The position numbers and the translations under genes were made by a program. The notes under the pieces were generated by a model. It was not told where the DNA came from, did not search any database, and saw only the letters and a list, made by a program, of their open reading frames with translations. This document shows positions 40,311 to 52,645 of a stretch of 64,000 bases of DNA, piece after piece (positions within the stretch are counted from its first letter, which is position 1; every line of letters starts with the position of its first letter). This DNA comes from a bacterium (lineage in GTDB: Bacteria; SAR324; XYD2-FULL-50-16), in the NCBI GenBank assembly GCA_032250835.1, contig JAVVEA010000002.1:278596-342595 (forward strand), given 5' to 3'.

Positions 40311-42059
40311 ATGTTCAACGACCTGTTTAAAAGTAACGAAGAGAGAGCCCGAGAAGAGGCTTTCAAACACTTCCAACTGGGCATGACGCACCTTGAAGGC
40401 AAGTTCTTCAACCGCGCCATGATCGAGTTTAAGAAAGCCATGGATTTGGCCCATGAGGAAGTCTACCCTCGTTTGATGCAGGAGCTAGACGCCGCCTCTA
40501 GTGGAGGGCAGCTTGAAGCGGCCCTCTCGATTGGCTTGAACCTACTCAAAGAAAACCAGCAGGACTTTGAACTAGCCAACAAACTGGGCAACTATGCCCG
40601 TGAATTGGGCAACTATAACCAAGCCGAATCGCTGTACAAGATGGCGCTGCGCATCAACCGCAAATTTGAGCGCGCCTTTTACAACCTTGCTGCCTGCGGG
40701 GCGCGGGTCGAAGTGTATGACGACCAGGTCAAGAGTGCCGTTTCGGTCTTTGAGAAGATATCCGACTATGTCCTACCCGACTATATGGGCGAAAACCCTG
40801 ACCCGGCCGGTCATATTGCCGGATATTTGGGCGAAAAACTAGCTGCCGCAAAGGCCCAAAAGATCGAAGATCTGCAAAAGCAAATCGCCCACCACCAAGA
40901 AGTGGGTAATTCCATTGAGGCCGAAAGCGTTCAAATGGACTTAGACCACACCATGGCCCTACCAGTGCGGGTCGGGCCTAAAGAGGTGATCGATGAATTC
41001 AAGCGCTTGATTGACGAAGATGCCGAACATGCCAAGACCCACCGCTACAACCTGGGCCTCTATGCGCTTTCGGTCAACATGCCCCATGAAGCCCAAGAGG
41101 CCTTTGCCGCCTTGCCACCCGCCGAGTTCGACCTGCTTGACCTGTTGCAGGCCATCGCTTTGGATCAATCGGGCAAACTAGATGAGGCGATTGATCGGGT
41201 CACCCGGATTTTGGGGGCCAACGAGTTCAACCGCTATTCTAACGTCAACTTAGGTTTGATGTTCAAAAAGGCGGGCAAGCACTTCCTCTCGACCAAATAT
41301 CTGGTCAAGACGGCCCATCTGCTGGAAAAATCCGGTGGGATCTATTCGATGCGCGAGTTGGTGCGGATCGCTTACGCCAGCTTGGAAGAAGGCAACCTGA
41401 AAAAGGCGCGCAACTATCTAGAAATTGCCGTCACCGAGATGCCCGACGCGAAGATGTGGAATACTTTGGGCCGGATTTATGTGGAACTCAAGAAGTACGA
41501 CGAGGCCACCGAAGCCTACCGCAAGGTGCTTAAACTGGAGCCCGACAACGAAGAAGCCCAGGCGAAACTACGCGAAATCCATGACTATTACGCCGACAAG
41601 GGCCGGTCTTTAGAAACCGAGCGCAAGCTCAAACCGGCGGCGGAATACTACCACAAGGCCTTAGGCGTTCTGCGCGACCCCGACACGCTCAAGTCAGCCG
41701 CGTCGGTCTATAAATCGCTGGGGAACATGGACAAGGCCGATGAGTTGATTTTGGAACTGCACGCCATGGAGCAGCAAGAAAAGGATCTTAAGGCCGAAGA
41801 GAACCGCCAAGAAAAGATTAAAACGGCCAAAGCCGCGATCCAAGGGCGCAAGTACCGCGAGGCCATGGAAAACCTAGAAGCGGCTTTCCGTATGAAAGTA
41901 GATAAAAACGTTTACCTACAGCTTTCTGCGCTTTACAAGGCCCTAAAGAAGTTCACTGAGATGGAAGACCTGACCCACCGGTGGCAGAAGATGCTAGAGC
42001 ACGAAGAGAAGATGAAGCTTTACGAGCGCGAGAAAGAACGCGCCTTAAGCGGGGAGTGA
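40311..42059 (+). CDS. Tetratricopeptide-repeat protein
   Basis: Several TPR motifs, e.g. WNTLGRIYVELKKYDEATEAYRKVLKLEP. Confidence 0.85.
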   Translation: MFNDLFKSNEERAREEAFKHFQLGMTHLEGKFFNRAMIEFKKAMDLAHEEVYPRLMQELDAASSGGQLEAALSIGLNLLKENQQDFELANKLGNYARELGNYNQAESLYKMALRINRKFERAFYNLAACGARVEVYDDQVKSAVSVFEKISDYVLPDYMGENPDPAGHIAGYLGEKLAAAKAQKIEDLQKQIAHHQEVGNSIEAESVQMDLDHTMALPVRVGPKEVIDEFKRLIDEDAEHAKTHRYNLGLYALSVNMPHEAQEAFAALPPAEFDLLDLLQAIALDQSGKLDEAIDRVTRILGANEFNRYSNVNLGLMFKKAGKHFLSTKYLVKTAHLLEKSGGIYSMRELVRIAYASLEEGNLKKARNYLEIAVTEMPDAKMWNTLGRIYVELKKYDEATEAYRKVLKLEPDNEEAQAKLREIHDYYADKGRSLETERKLKPAAEYYHKALGVLRDPDTLKSAASVYKSLGNMDKADELILELHAMEQQEKDLKAEENRQEKIKTAKAAIQGRKYREAMENLEAAFRMKVDKNVYLQLSALYKALKKFTEMEDLTHRWQKMLEHEEKMKLYEREKERALSGE

Positions 42060-42061
42060 GC

Positions 42062-42283
42062 CTAGCGCTCTTCTTCGATTTCGCGGATGAGTTCTTGGAT
42101 GGAAGCGCAGTCCGTTTGGGGCTCGTTTACATAAGACATCAAACGAGCGATCAGACGGCGCTGGACCCGTTCTTCGATGCTCGTCCCTTCCACGGCGCGT
42201 TGGATCAACGCGACACATTCCTTGATTTTATCTTGAGCCCGGTAGAGTTGCTCTACCCGCTCTTTGGTCACCGCTTTTAACAT
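42062..42283 (-). CDS. Small hypothetical helical protein
   Basis: GAGGAGG RBS before ATG 42283; follows pyrG on the same strand. Confidence 0.65.
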   Translation of the reverse strand: MLKAVTKERVEQLYRAQDKIKECVALIQRAVEGTSIEERVQRRLIARLMSYVNEPQTDCASIQELIREIEEER

Positions 42284-42383
42284 CTCCGCCTCCTCATTAG
42301 ATGTTTTCAGTATAGTCCAAGCCCCCAGCATTTGGGAGCTTGTAATTTAACTGAAAACCTGTTTAGGCGAACAAACGTACTTT

Positions 42384-44153
<1,770 letters not shown>

Positions 44154-44348
44154 CTAGGCCAGAACGGGGGACAGACGAGTTGGGTCTTTTGGGGGATATC
44201 TATAAGCCCATAACAAAAGGCAGGAGGCATGTTTTTTAAAATATTCGAATAAAAACCAAAAAAAGTTAGGTGTCTTTTATATCTTATGCTAGCCTGCCCA
44301 GAACTTCATTTTCTCAATCAAACAACAAATATTTTCGGAGAATATACC

Positions 44349-44498
44349 ATGCATCATCTCGACCTATTGGCCTTAGCTGCTTTCTTGATCGCTGCGGTCG
44401 CCTATGGCTCACGTGCTATCGACAAAGGTGGCAAAGTACTTCCCGCGGCTGCGGGCGTGGTTGGCTTGGGTATTATTGGCGCCATCACCATCATGTAA
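44349..44498 (+). CDS. Small two-helix membrane peptide A (49 aa)
   Basis: GGAG RBS; MHHLDLLALAAFLIAAVAYGSRAIDKGGKVLPAAAGVVGLGIIGAITIM; paralog at 44808. Confidence 0.8.
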   Translation: MHHLDLLALAAFLIAAVAYGSRAIDKGGKVLPAAAGVVGLGIIGAITIM

Positions 44499-44807
44499 AG
44501 TCTTTGTTCCTAGGCTGAGCTGGCGACCGGCCCATGGAGGTCTACCCCTTAGCCAAACCTAGGACCCCGGTGGCCCCTTTCGGGGCCGCTCCCCCTCCCT
44601 GATTCTCGATTTTCCCTAAATCCCTTCCAGCTAGTCCATTAGAACCTTTGTCGAAGTGGCATCCTCCCTTCTAGGGCCACCAAATAGACTTGCGCAGAGG
44701 CTTATTGAATAAGTTTTAAAAAAGTTGCACTGGCACTGCTATTTTTGATAGTATGCAGGTGAATTTCTCCCTATTGAATTCAACCTGTTGCTTTTAAGGA
44801 GGTTCCT

Positions 44808-44960
44808 ATGGGCCATATTGAACTACTCGCACTCGCTGCCGTATTGATCGGACTTACGGCTATTTCTCCCAATATTGTGGATAGGGGTAACAAGATCCTT
44901 CCTGCGGCAGTGGGGGTGGTCTTTTTGAGCATTGCGGGTGCCATTGTGGTGATGCACTAG
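44808..44960 (+). CDS. Small two-helix membrane peptide B (50 aa; absent from the ORF track)
   Basis: AAGGAGG RBS; MGHIELLALAAVLIGLTAISPNIVDRGNKILPAAVGVVFLSIAGAIVVMH; 27/49 identical to peptide A without gaps. Confidence 0.82.
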   Translation: MGHIELLALAAVLIGLTAISPNIVDRGNKILPAAVGVVFLSIAGAIVVMH

Positions 44961-45027
44961 AACCCTGGGCTGACCTGGCCTACCTGCTCGCTAAAGTTAA
45001 GTAGCCAGGCCAGCCAAGGGCCTTTTT

Positions 45028-45056
45028 AAGCCCTTCGAAAGAGGGGCTTTTTTTTT
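45028..45056 (+). terminator. Rho-independent terminator after peptide B
   Basis: AAGCCCTTC-GAAA-GAGGGGCTT followed by a T run. Confidence 0.8.
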
Positions 45057-45401
45057 GCCTAGAGGCAGGCAAACAGATCACGGCTAGTTGATTCGCATTT
45101 CGGGGCCAATCTGGCAAGTAAGTCCCGCCAGTGGGACCCGCGTATCGCAACCTTTTCCGCGTTGCGCTTGGTGAGACGGAGTTTTGCTGGAGGGGATTTT
45201 ACGGGCCGGATATTGGGTAAGCCCTTGACTCACCTCCCATTCAGACGGTTCCCGGCCCCCTCATCTCAACCACCGTCGGCTCAATTCACTGCGGATTGAT
45301 TGCGGTAAGGGCCGGACCATGGCGGGTGAGGAGGTAATCCCCACCGCCGTTGTCTCCTCGTCCGCCCTGGTTGTGGTGGCTTTTTGGGGCGTTCAGAGGG
45401 C

Positions 45402-48230
45402 TTAGCCCCGCTCCAACAGCGGCTTGAGGTACGCCCCGGTGTAGCTCTTTTTGCAGGCGGCGATTTTTTCCGGTGGCCCCTCGACCACCAACTCGCCGCC
45501 CCGGCTGCCGCCTTCGGGCCCTAAGTCTAAAATCCAGTCTGCCCCTTTGATCACGTCCAGGTTGTGCTCGATGATCACCACTGTATTGCCTAGGTCCACC
45601 AAGCGCTGCAAGACCTCCATCAGCTTGCGGATGTCCTCAAAATGCAGGCCCGTGGTGGGCTCGTCTAAGATATAAAGCGTGCTGCCGGTGGCGCGTTTGG
45701 ACAGTTCGGTAGCCAGCTTGATGCGCTGGGCCTCACCGCCCGAGAGGGTGGGGCTTGGCTGGCCCAAGTTGACGTAACTTAAGCCGACGTCCAGTAGGGT
45801 CTGAAGGCCCACGTGGATCTTTGGGTGGTTCACGAAAAATTCGGTCGCATCCTCGACCGACATATCCAAGACCTGGGCGATGTTCTTTCCCTTAAACTTC
45901 ACCTGCAAAGTCTCTTTGTTGTACCGGGTGCCTTTGCAGGTCTCGCAAGGTACGTGCACGTCGGGCAGGAAGTGCATCTCGATGGTCTTGATGCCTTGGC
46001 CTTGGCAGGCTTCGCAGCGTCCGCCCTTGACGTTGAAACTAAAGCGCCCCGGTGTATAGCCGCGCGACTTAGCTTCGGGCACCTGAGAGAAGAGCACGCG
46101 GATCAGGTCGAAGACGCCGGTGTAGGTCGCCGGGTTGGAGCGGCTGGTGCGGCCAATGGGGCTTTGGTCGATGTCGATGATCTTGTCGATCTTCTCGGCC
46201 CCTTGGATCTTCTGTAACTTGCCGGGTTGTACCCGCAGATGGCCCGTCTCTTTGAGCAAACCCTTATAAAGGCATTCGTTGACCAAGCTGGACTTGCCCG
46301 AGCCGGACACGCCGGTCACGCAGATCATCAGCCCCAAGGGGAAGACCGCCTTGACTTTCTTGAGGTTGTTTTCGGCCGCGCCGGTGATGGTGATGGCCTC
46401 GCCCTTTTTGGCTTGGCGGCGTTCTTTGGGTAGCGGGATGCTTAGGGTTCTGTTGAGGTATTGGGCGGTGATGGACTTACCTTCTTTCATCACCTCTGCG
46501 GGCGTGCCTTGGGCCACGATGTTCCCGCCGTTTTTGCCCGCCAAGGGGCCGATGTCGATCAAATGATCGGCCCGGCGGATCACGTCTTCGTCGTGCTCCA
46601 CCACGATCACCGAATTACCCAGGTCGCGCAGGTGGACCAGCGTGTCCAGCAGGCGGTCGTTGTCGCGCTGGTGCAGGCCGATGGTGGGTTCATCCAGTAC
46701 GTAGGTGACCCCCACCAACTTAGCCCCCACCTGGCTAGCCAGCCGGATGCGCTGGGCCTCGCCGCCCGATAGGCTGTTGGTGACCCGGTCGAGGGTTAGG
46801 TAGTCTAAGCCCACGTTGACCAAAAAGCCCAAGCGTTCGACCACCGCCTTTTGGATCGGCTCGGCAATCTGGGTGCGTTCTTTGTCTAGTTTGAGGCTGG
46901 TAAAGTAGGCCAGCGCGTCGGCGATGGTCATCTGGGTCAGGTCCATGATGCTCTGGTCGCTGATGCGTACCGAAAGGATCTCCGGGCGCAGCCGCTTGCC
47001 GCCACAGGTGTGGCAGGGTTGGCTGGTCATGAAGTCATGGATCTTGGTTTTTTGGGCCTCTGAGTCCGTGTTCCAGAAGCGATAGGTTAGGTTAGGGATC
47101 ACCCCTTCCCACTCCAGCCCGTCTTTAGCGCGGGTCGCGCCATGGAGGATCAACTGCTGGGTTTTTTCGGGGATGTCCTTCCAGGGAGTCTTTAGGCCAA
47201 TATCAAACTTGCGGGCCAGATGCCTCGCCCCGGATTTATAAAAGCCGCCCAGGCCAGTGCCGCACTTCTTCCAAGCCGCCAGGGCCCCTTCTTCTAAGCT
47301 GCGGGTCTCGTCGGGCACGATCAACTCGGGGTCCGGCTCCATTAGGGTGCCTAGGCCCAAACAAGAGGGGCAGGAGCCATAGGGGCTGTTAAAAGAAAAG
47401 ACCCTGGGGCTTAATTCCTCTAAGACCGAACCATGGGTGGAGCAGGCGTATTTTTCGCTAAAGGCCACCTCTTCCACTTGGTCATTGTCCTTATTTTCCA
47501 AAAGCGCCACCAACAGGCCGTCGGCTAGCTTCAAGGCCAGTTCCACGGAGTCGGTCAGGCGGGTCCGGGCGGACTCGCGCACCACAATCCGGTCCACCAC
47601 CGCCTCGATGTCATGTTTGAAGGTCTTTTTAAGGGGCTTGAGGGCGTCGATCTCGACCACCTCACCGTCCACCCGCAGGCGGGTGAAGCCTTCGCGGCGG
47701 ACATAGTCGAAGACCTCTTTGTGTTCACCCTTTTTGCCGCGCACCAAAGGGGCCAGCAAATGCAGCCGGGTCCCTTCGGGGTAGCCCAAGAGGGTGTCTA
47801 CAATCATCTGGGCCGACTGGGCACTGATCTCTTCGCCGCAGTGGGGGCAAAAGGGCGTACCGGCGCGGGCGAAGAGGACCCGCAAATAGTCGTAGATTTC
47901 TGTGGTAGTGGCGACGGTAGAACGCGGCGTGGCCTTGCCGGTTCGTTGTTCGATGCTGATCGTTGGGGTCAGTCCTTCAATGGACTCGACCGCCGGTTTT
48001 TGCATCTGGTCTAAAAACTGGCGGGCATAGGCCGAAAGCGACTCGACGTAGCGGCGCTGCCCCTCGGCGTAGATGGTGTCAAAGGCCAGCGAAGATTTGC
48101 CGCTGCCCGAAAGCCCGGTGATCACCACCAGCTGGTGGCGCGGGATGTCTACGTCCACCTTCTTTAGGTTGTGTTCCGACGCGCCGCGTACGCGGATGTA
48201 TTCATGCAGAGACTTGGGCTCGGTTGCCAT
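45402..48230 (-). CDS. uvrA: Excinuclease ABC subunit A
   Basis: [23 protein letters not shown], two ABC domains, zinc fingers, LSGGEAQR twice. Confidence 0.99.
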   Translation of the reverse strand: MATEPKSLHEYIRVRGASEHNLKKVDVDIPRHQLVVITGLSGSGKSSLAFDTIYAEGQRRYVESLSAYARQFLDQMQKPAVESIEGLTPTISIEQRTGKATPRSTVATTTEIYDYLRVLFARAGTPFCPHCGEEISAQSAQMIVDTLLGYPEGTRLHLLAPLVRGKKGEHKEVFDYVRREGFTRLRVDGEVVEIDALKPLKKTFKHDIEAVVDRIVVRESARTRLTDSVELALKLADGLLVALLENKDNDQVEEVAFSEKYACSTHGSVLEELSPRVFSFNSPYGSCPSCLGLGTLMEPDPELIVPDETRSLEEGALAAWKKCGTGLGGFYKSGARHLARKFDIGLKTPWKDIPEKTQQLILHGATRAKDGLEWEGVIPNLTYRFWNTDSEAQKTKIHDFMTSQPCHTCGGKRLRPEILSVRISDQSIMDLTQMTIADALAYFTSLKLDKERTQIAEPIQKAVVERLGFLVNVGLDYLTLDRVTNSLSGGEAQRIRLASQVGAKLVGVTYVLDEPTIGLHQRDNDRLLDTLVHLRDLGNSVIVVEHDEDVIRRADHLIDIGPLAGKNGGNIVAQGTPAEVMKEGKSITAQYLNRTLSIPLPKERRQAKKGEAITITGAAENNLKKVKAVFPLGLMICVTGVSGSGKSSLVNECLYKGLLKETGHLRVQPGKLQKIQGAEKIDKIIDIDQSPIGRTSRSNPATYTGVFDLIRVLFSQVPEAKSRGYTPGRFSFNVKGGRCEACQGQGIKTIEMHFLPDVHVPCETCKGTRYNKETLQVKFKGKNIAQVLDMSVEDATEFFVNHPKIHVGLQTLLDVGLSYVNLGQPSPTLSGGEAQRIKLATELSKRATGSTLYILDEPTTGLHFEDIRKLMEVLQRLVDLGNTVVIIEHNLDVIKGADWILDLGPEGGSRGGELVVEGPPEKIAACKKSYTGAYLKPLLERG

Positions 48231-48263
48231 GGTCGCAAAAGGGGGGAGTGCCCGCCTGTTCGC

Positions 48264-48356
48264 TTACAGCAGTACCTTCGCCGGCAAAATGGTCACGTAC
48301 ATGAAGGTGAAAGCCGCTACAAACAGGGCGTATAAGAATAAGAGCCGGTAATACAT
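48264..48356 (-). CDS. Putative 30-aa single-TM peptide upstream of uvrA
   Basis: [40 protein letters not shown] 6 nt before the ATG; ends 33 nt before uvrA. Confidence 0.5.
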   Translation of the reverse strand: MYYRLLFLYALFVAAFTFMYVTILPAKVLL

Positions 48357-48570
48357 GAATTATCCCTTCGTCCTTTTCTGGTCAAGTCTGGCGTCACAAA
48401 AGCTGCTGGGTCGGGCCTTGGCCGTATGTCCGTCCGCTATAGGGCCCGGTACAAGCCCCCAGGCCTAGTCTAGCCCAAGCAAAAAACCGGCCAAATCCTT
48501 TAGGGGGGCCTTTTCCTTGACTTTTGACCGGCCCGTTGGGAAACTAGCCCAAACCTCTTATGGCACCCCT

Positions 48571-49446
48571 ATGCGCCCTATTTTCGAAGAAATGATCTCT
48601 TTCCCCGGTTTGGGGTACTTGAGCCATTTTCCCAACTTGCTTTTTTTGGCCGAAGTCTTGGCTCTGTTGTGGCTGGCCAAACGGGCCTTTGGCTTCTTTT
48701 GTCCCTATGACCTAGAAGAACAATTGGTCCGCCATGACAACAAGGCGGTGACCTTGAACTTCGTCGGCTACTTGGCCGGTGTGGCTTTGATCGTTGAGGG
48801 CGTCTTGGAATCGCCTAGCCCTAGCTTGGCTTGGGGCTTGATCAGCGTGGCGATTTGGGGCCTAGTGGGGATCATGCTCTTGCTGGTTGCCGGGCGGCTT
48901 AATGACCGCTTTATTTTGCGCGGCATCAATGCCCACCAAGCGATGCTCAAGGAGGGGAACCTTGCCGTGGCGGTGGTCGAAGGGGCTAGTTATCTGGGTT
49001 CGGCGGCGCTGATCCGCGCCATCGTGATGGGCGAAAGCCTCGGCTGGGCGATGGACTTAGGCCTGACCCTCTTTTATTTTGTCTTGGGCCAGTTGGCCTT
49101 CTGGCTTTATGCCCTGCTGTACCAGAAACTAACCAGCTACGACGACCTAGCCGAAATTGCCGCCGGCAATGCGGCGGCGGGCCTGACCTTAGGGGCTAAT
49201 CTGGCGGCCATGGGCTTTTTAATGGCCATGCCGTTAAAACAATCTTATTCCCTGCCTTGGTTTGTCGCTTGGTTTGTGCTGGGCAACGCCACCCTGGCAG
49301 CCTTCCGCTGGGCGATGGACCGTTTGGTGATCTCTAGCGAAAAACTGGACCAAGAAATCTACCGCGACAAAAACTGGGGCGTGGCTATTTTGGAAGGGGC
49401 CTTTTCGGTTAGTGCGGTGTTGATCTTACAAAACCTGTTTGGCTAA
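48571..49446 (+). CDS. DUF350-family membrane protein (duplicated domain)
   Basis: YDLEEQLVRHDNKAV, GNLAVAVV, YDDLAEIAAGNAAAG, DKNWGVAILEG. Confidence 0.8.
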   Translation: MRPIFEEMISFPGLGYLSHFPNLLFLAEVLALLWLAKRAFGFFCPYDLEEQLVRHDNKAVTLNFVGYLAGVALIVEGVLESPSPSLAWGLISVAIWGLVGIMLLLVAGRLNDRFILRGINAHQAMLKEGNLAVAVVEGASYLGSAALIRAIVMGESLGWAMDLGLTLFYFVLGQLAFWLYALLYQKLTSYDDLAEIAAGNAAAGLTLGANLAAMGFLMAMPLKQSYSLPWFVAWFVLGNATLAAFRWAMDRLVISSEKLDQEIYRDKNWGVAILEGAFSVSAVLILQNLFG

Positions 49447-49447
49447 A

Positions 49448-49981
49448 ATGAGCAAAACCATCTCCTTAGATGCCTTCCGCAAGAAGAAGGAACAAGAAGA
49501 ATCCAAATACCAATCCGAGCCGATCTGGGGCACCTTGGTTTGGCTCTATTGTCCGGCCTGCGATAAGCTAGAATATACCGAAATACGCGCGCCCAACGGA
49601 CGCAGCCACAAATGCGGCACCCAGGTGCAAGAGCGGGAGGTGGAACTGGACCTTCGTGGTGAGTTGACCTTGACCCAAGCCAACCTCTTGCGGATCGATC
49701 ATCTGCTGGCCGAGGCGAGCAAAAATCGGCTTAAAAAACTATTGGCCCGGTCGATGGAAAACACGCTAAAGATGTTAAAGACCAGCGAATTAACCTACGC
49801 TGAGCGTCTGAGCATGGCCGCAGGAGGGTTTTTAGAACCTTACCCTGAGCCTCTTGAAGACATTGCCGAGCGATTGCCCATTGCCGAAACCAACGCCCTG
49901 GGCTTGTTTATTTCTCCCTTCCGGCTCAATCCGGAAGAGCGTTTTGACCTAAAAGGACCCAGCACCCCAGAGCCCCAATGA
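49448..49981 (+). CDS. Hypothetical protein with putative Zn ribbon
   Basis: LYCPACD...HKCG; tightly coupled to both neighbours. Confidence 0.65.
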   Translation: MSKTISLDAFRKKKEQEESKYQSEPIWGTLVWLYCPACDKLEYTEIRAPNGRSHKCGTQVQEREVELDLRGELTLTQANLLRIDHLLAEASKNRLKKLLARSMENTLKMLKTSELTYAERLSMAAGGFLEPYPEPLEDIAERLPIAETNALGLFISPFRLNPEERFDLKGPSTPEPQ

Positions 49982-50676
49982 TTAAAGCCTCGGAAACGGT
50001 CAACGCCGTATCTCATTTGTTTTGTGAAGCCACCAAAGAGGTGGTTGAGGCCGCCACCGGCGAGGAGGTGACCTACTCGGACACCATGCAGATGATCCCC
50101 TCGATCCATCTGCGCCCCGATATTGGCTGCTTCGTGCTCTTCTCGGGCGACTATTCGGGCTTGATGATCATGAATTTTACCGGTGCCGCAGCGCTGGAAA
50201 TCTACAAAAAGAGCATGCTCAAGATGGGCATGCCCGAAGACGAGCTTTCCACCGAATACACGGCTGATGAGGTAGTCAACGGCATCGGCGAGTTGATCAA
50301 CCAAACCATCGGCACCGTGCGCCGCCGGATCGAAGAACAATACCATTTGGTGGCCCACAACACCCAGCCCAAGGCCATCGCCCTCAACTCAGCCATTGTG
50401 CTCAACATCGACTCGCGCGACCCTTCGAGCCAAGAGCTTTGCCGCCGGTTGGCCTTTAAAGTCGCCGGAAAAAGCTTCCATATCGAGTTGTCTTTAGAGC
50501 GCAGCGAGTTCGTCCGCTTCGACGGCGGCAACGCCCACACCTCCGTGGGCCCCAAATCCAACCGAGACATCAACCTAGACGACTACCGCGAACAAGCCGC
50601 CGCCCCTGAAGCCGCCCCCGCCGCACCGGTGGAATTAGATTTCGACGCCCTACAGCGGCAGATGGAAGGGGGGTAG
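49978..50676 (+). CDS. DUF3334-family protein (CheX-like)
   Basis: PDIGCFVLFSGDYSGL..MNF...AALEIY...MGMPEDEL...DEV...GELINQ. Confidence 0.78.
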   Translation: MIKASETVNAVSHLFCEATKEVVEAATGEEVTYSDTMQMIPSIHLRPDIGCFVLFSGDYSGLMIMNFTGAAALEIYKKSMLKMGMPEDELSTEYTADEVVNGIGELINQTIGTVRRRIEEQYHLVAHNTQPKAIALNSAIVLNIDSRDPSSQELCRRLAFKVAGKSFHIELSLERSEFVRFDGGNAHTSVGPKSNRDINLDDYREQAAAPEAAPAAPVELDFDALQRQMEGG

Positions 50677-50839
50677 GGGGCTCTTCTCCTCTCGCTGCTA
50701 CAAGGGGGCCAGTTGGTCCCTTTCTCCACCCTTTAGTGGTTGCTCCTCGCTGGTACAGCTTGGGGCCCGGCCTTGTCTAGCCGGGATTTAGCAAGCAAGC
50801 GCCGCTTGAGGGCGCGAGATTCCCCAATAAAGCGAAAGA

Positions 50840-51299
50840 CTCTTTCCTTCTGGCAATGGGGAGCACGAAACTACGGGACGAAAAAGAGAGATGGGATTAC
50901 TTTCTTTGGCAGGCAAAGAAAGTAACAAAGAAACCTGCCCCCAGGCGGCTCGCCGCTAAGAGCCCCTACGCCAAGCTACGCTAAAAGCCAAAACTCGCCC
51001 TCGCTACGCTCGAAGCTCGAACAGTTGGCATTTGGCTGGGCAATACTCGCCGGCTCGCATTGCTACCCACGCAGCCCTCGGCCTGCGGCCTCGAAGCTGC
51101 TTAGCGTGGCTACGGGCTCTAAGCGCCTCACCAACGGGGGTATCAATAGCCAAAAAGCTTCAAGCCCTCGGCCTGACAGCCTCGAGGCTACTTAGCGCAG
51201 CTAGGGGCTCTAAGCCGCTCGCAAAAGGGATCCCAAGAGCCGTACACCGCAAGTTGTGGGTTTTACCGCTGCAAAAACAGGTAACTGTCACCGGATTTT
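50840..51299 (-). repeat. Long structured non-coding element, copy A (inverted relative to B and C)
   Basis: 50887-50940 is the exact reverse complement of 54370-54423, and 51200-51230 of 54144-54174; 51268-51299 matches 54075-54106 at 27/32. Confidence 0.9.
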
Positions 51300-51616
51300 A
51301 AACTGCCACCTGATTTCTATGCTGAAAGTATTCAACTTATCCATATGCCCCACTTCCCGTAAATTAGTTGAAAGAGGAATCTGCGTGCGTAATAATGGCT
51401 TTGCCGCGAGCCGCTTTTTTCGCTGCAATTAGCTCAGGCTGGGGGCCATCGATTTTCCCCATTTTCGGGCTACCGATCTCTTGAGGACTATGCGAACATG
51501 CCAGACAATACAGGATACACGGCTGAGGCTCTAGAATTTGGGAGCAACTGGAATTTAGCAAAGAAGTGTTTCCTAGAAGAGTCTCCAAAATATAACCCTC
51601 TAAAATATTTTTAAAT

Positions 51617-52645
51617 ATGGAACTGATTGAATATATTATCTCATATGAAGAGAATGACAGAACCGTACTATCTGCAGATCAAACCGATGATTTAAGTGAC
51701 TGGATAAGCGATACGCATAAGGCGGCGGGTACAGACACTCGAGAATGTTCTTTTCAGTCGGATACTGTAGAGTCATTTAGCCTCTTTCAAGCGCTTGTTA
51801 AGAAAGAGAAAACAATGGGCGAGGTAGCAGATCGACTAAGCGAGATGCTACTTTCGGCAATGATCGCTTCAAACCCACCTAAATCCATTCCCAAGTGTAG
51901 GTTTACCGTCTGTTTGGATATAAGTAATTCTGCAATTGTCTTGTCGCTAGCCGATTATAATAAAATTATTGATGAAACGCACACAAAGCGCCGTGGCCCA
52001 GCTTATGATAAGAGGTTTAATCGACTTCGTAGTTGTGTAGTGCCAATCCGGATTGGTCAACCAGAGCTACATGTCAATATTACTGGCACTCAGGATTATT
52101 GGATCAAGGACTTTTTGAGTTTGCGGGTAAAACGAACGGATTTCGCCAACTCGGATACCCTCTATCGCGCTGTATCTCAAGTCTATAGTCAAAACCTAAC
52201 TAAGTTTAAAGCAGATAGGTCCTTACTCCTTGCCGAACTTGTGCGGGCTATTCGAGATCATGGTCAAAAAATAAATCCAAGAGATTTACCTGAAAAAATT
52301 AAGACATACCATCCGGTTGATAGTACTCTTGATATAAATGCTCTTTCTGAAAAAGTTCGCAAGGCAATTGATAAAAAAATCAATAAAGGAGAATTGGATG
52401 CGGAATTTAATTCTGATAAAGATGCTGTTAAGGGGAAGCACGCAACTTCCATTCACCATATTAAAAACGGCATTACTTTAACGGTCAATATTGATGATGC
52501 CGATTTAAAATCGTCTGTCTATAGGCTGAAAAACGGAGATCAGGAAGGCATATTTATACCTGTAAATGGGGCAGAAGGAGATACGATTACTTGGGAGAAA
52601 CCGGTAGAGACTATTGATGCAGCTGACGCAACGGACGGGCAATGA
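51617..52645 (+). CDS. Putative nucleoid-associated protein (YejK/NdpA-like, divergent)
   Basis: 342 aa; YWIKDFLSL....TD..NS motif and length resemble the 37-kDa nucleoid-associated family; AT-rich. ORF is solid, family call tentative. Confidence 0.55.
   Translation: MELIEYIISYEENDRTVLSADQTDDLSDWISDTHKAAGTDTRECSFQSDTVESFSLFQALVKKEKTMGEVADRLSEMLLSAMIASNPPKSIPKCRFTVCLDISNSAIVLSLADYNKIIDETHTKRRGPAYDKRFNRLRSCVVPIRIGQPELHVNITGTQDYWIKDFLSLRVKRTDFANSDTLYRAVSQVYSQNLTKFKADRSLLLAELVRAIRDHGQKINPRDLPEKIKTYHPVDSTLDINALSEKVRKAIDKKINKGELDAEFNSDKDAVKGKHATSIHHIKNGITLTVNIDDADLKSSVYRLKNGDQEGIFIPVNGAEGDTITWEKPVETIDAADATDGQ

Noticed and set aside
45060-45400. 340-bp gap after uvrA as a possible ncRNA
   Set aside because: No recognisable RNA family motif or convincing ORF by eye; would need an Rfam search or RNA-seq.
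50740-51301. Short ORFs over the long repeat copies (also 54382-54774 and 60079-60426) as a possible transposase
   Set aside because: They are translations of the non-coding repeat; no HUH, DDE or recombinase motifs, and frames are not conserved between copies.
51364-51588. 74-aa reverse ORF inside the AT-rich cassette
   Set aside because: TTG start, no clear RBS and no recognisable motif; may be promoter region or a remnant, and I cannot support it as a gene.
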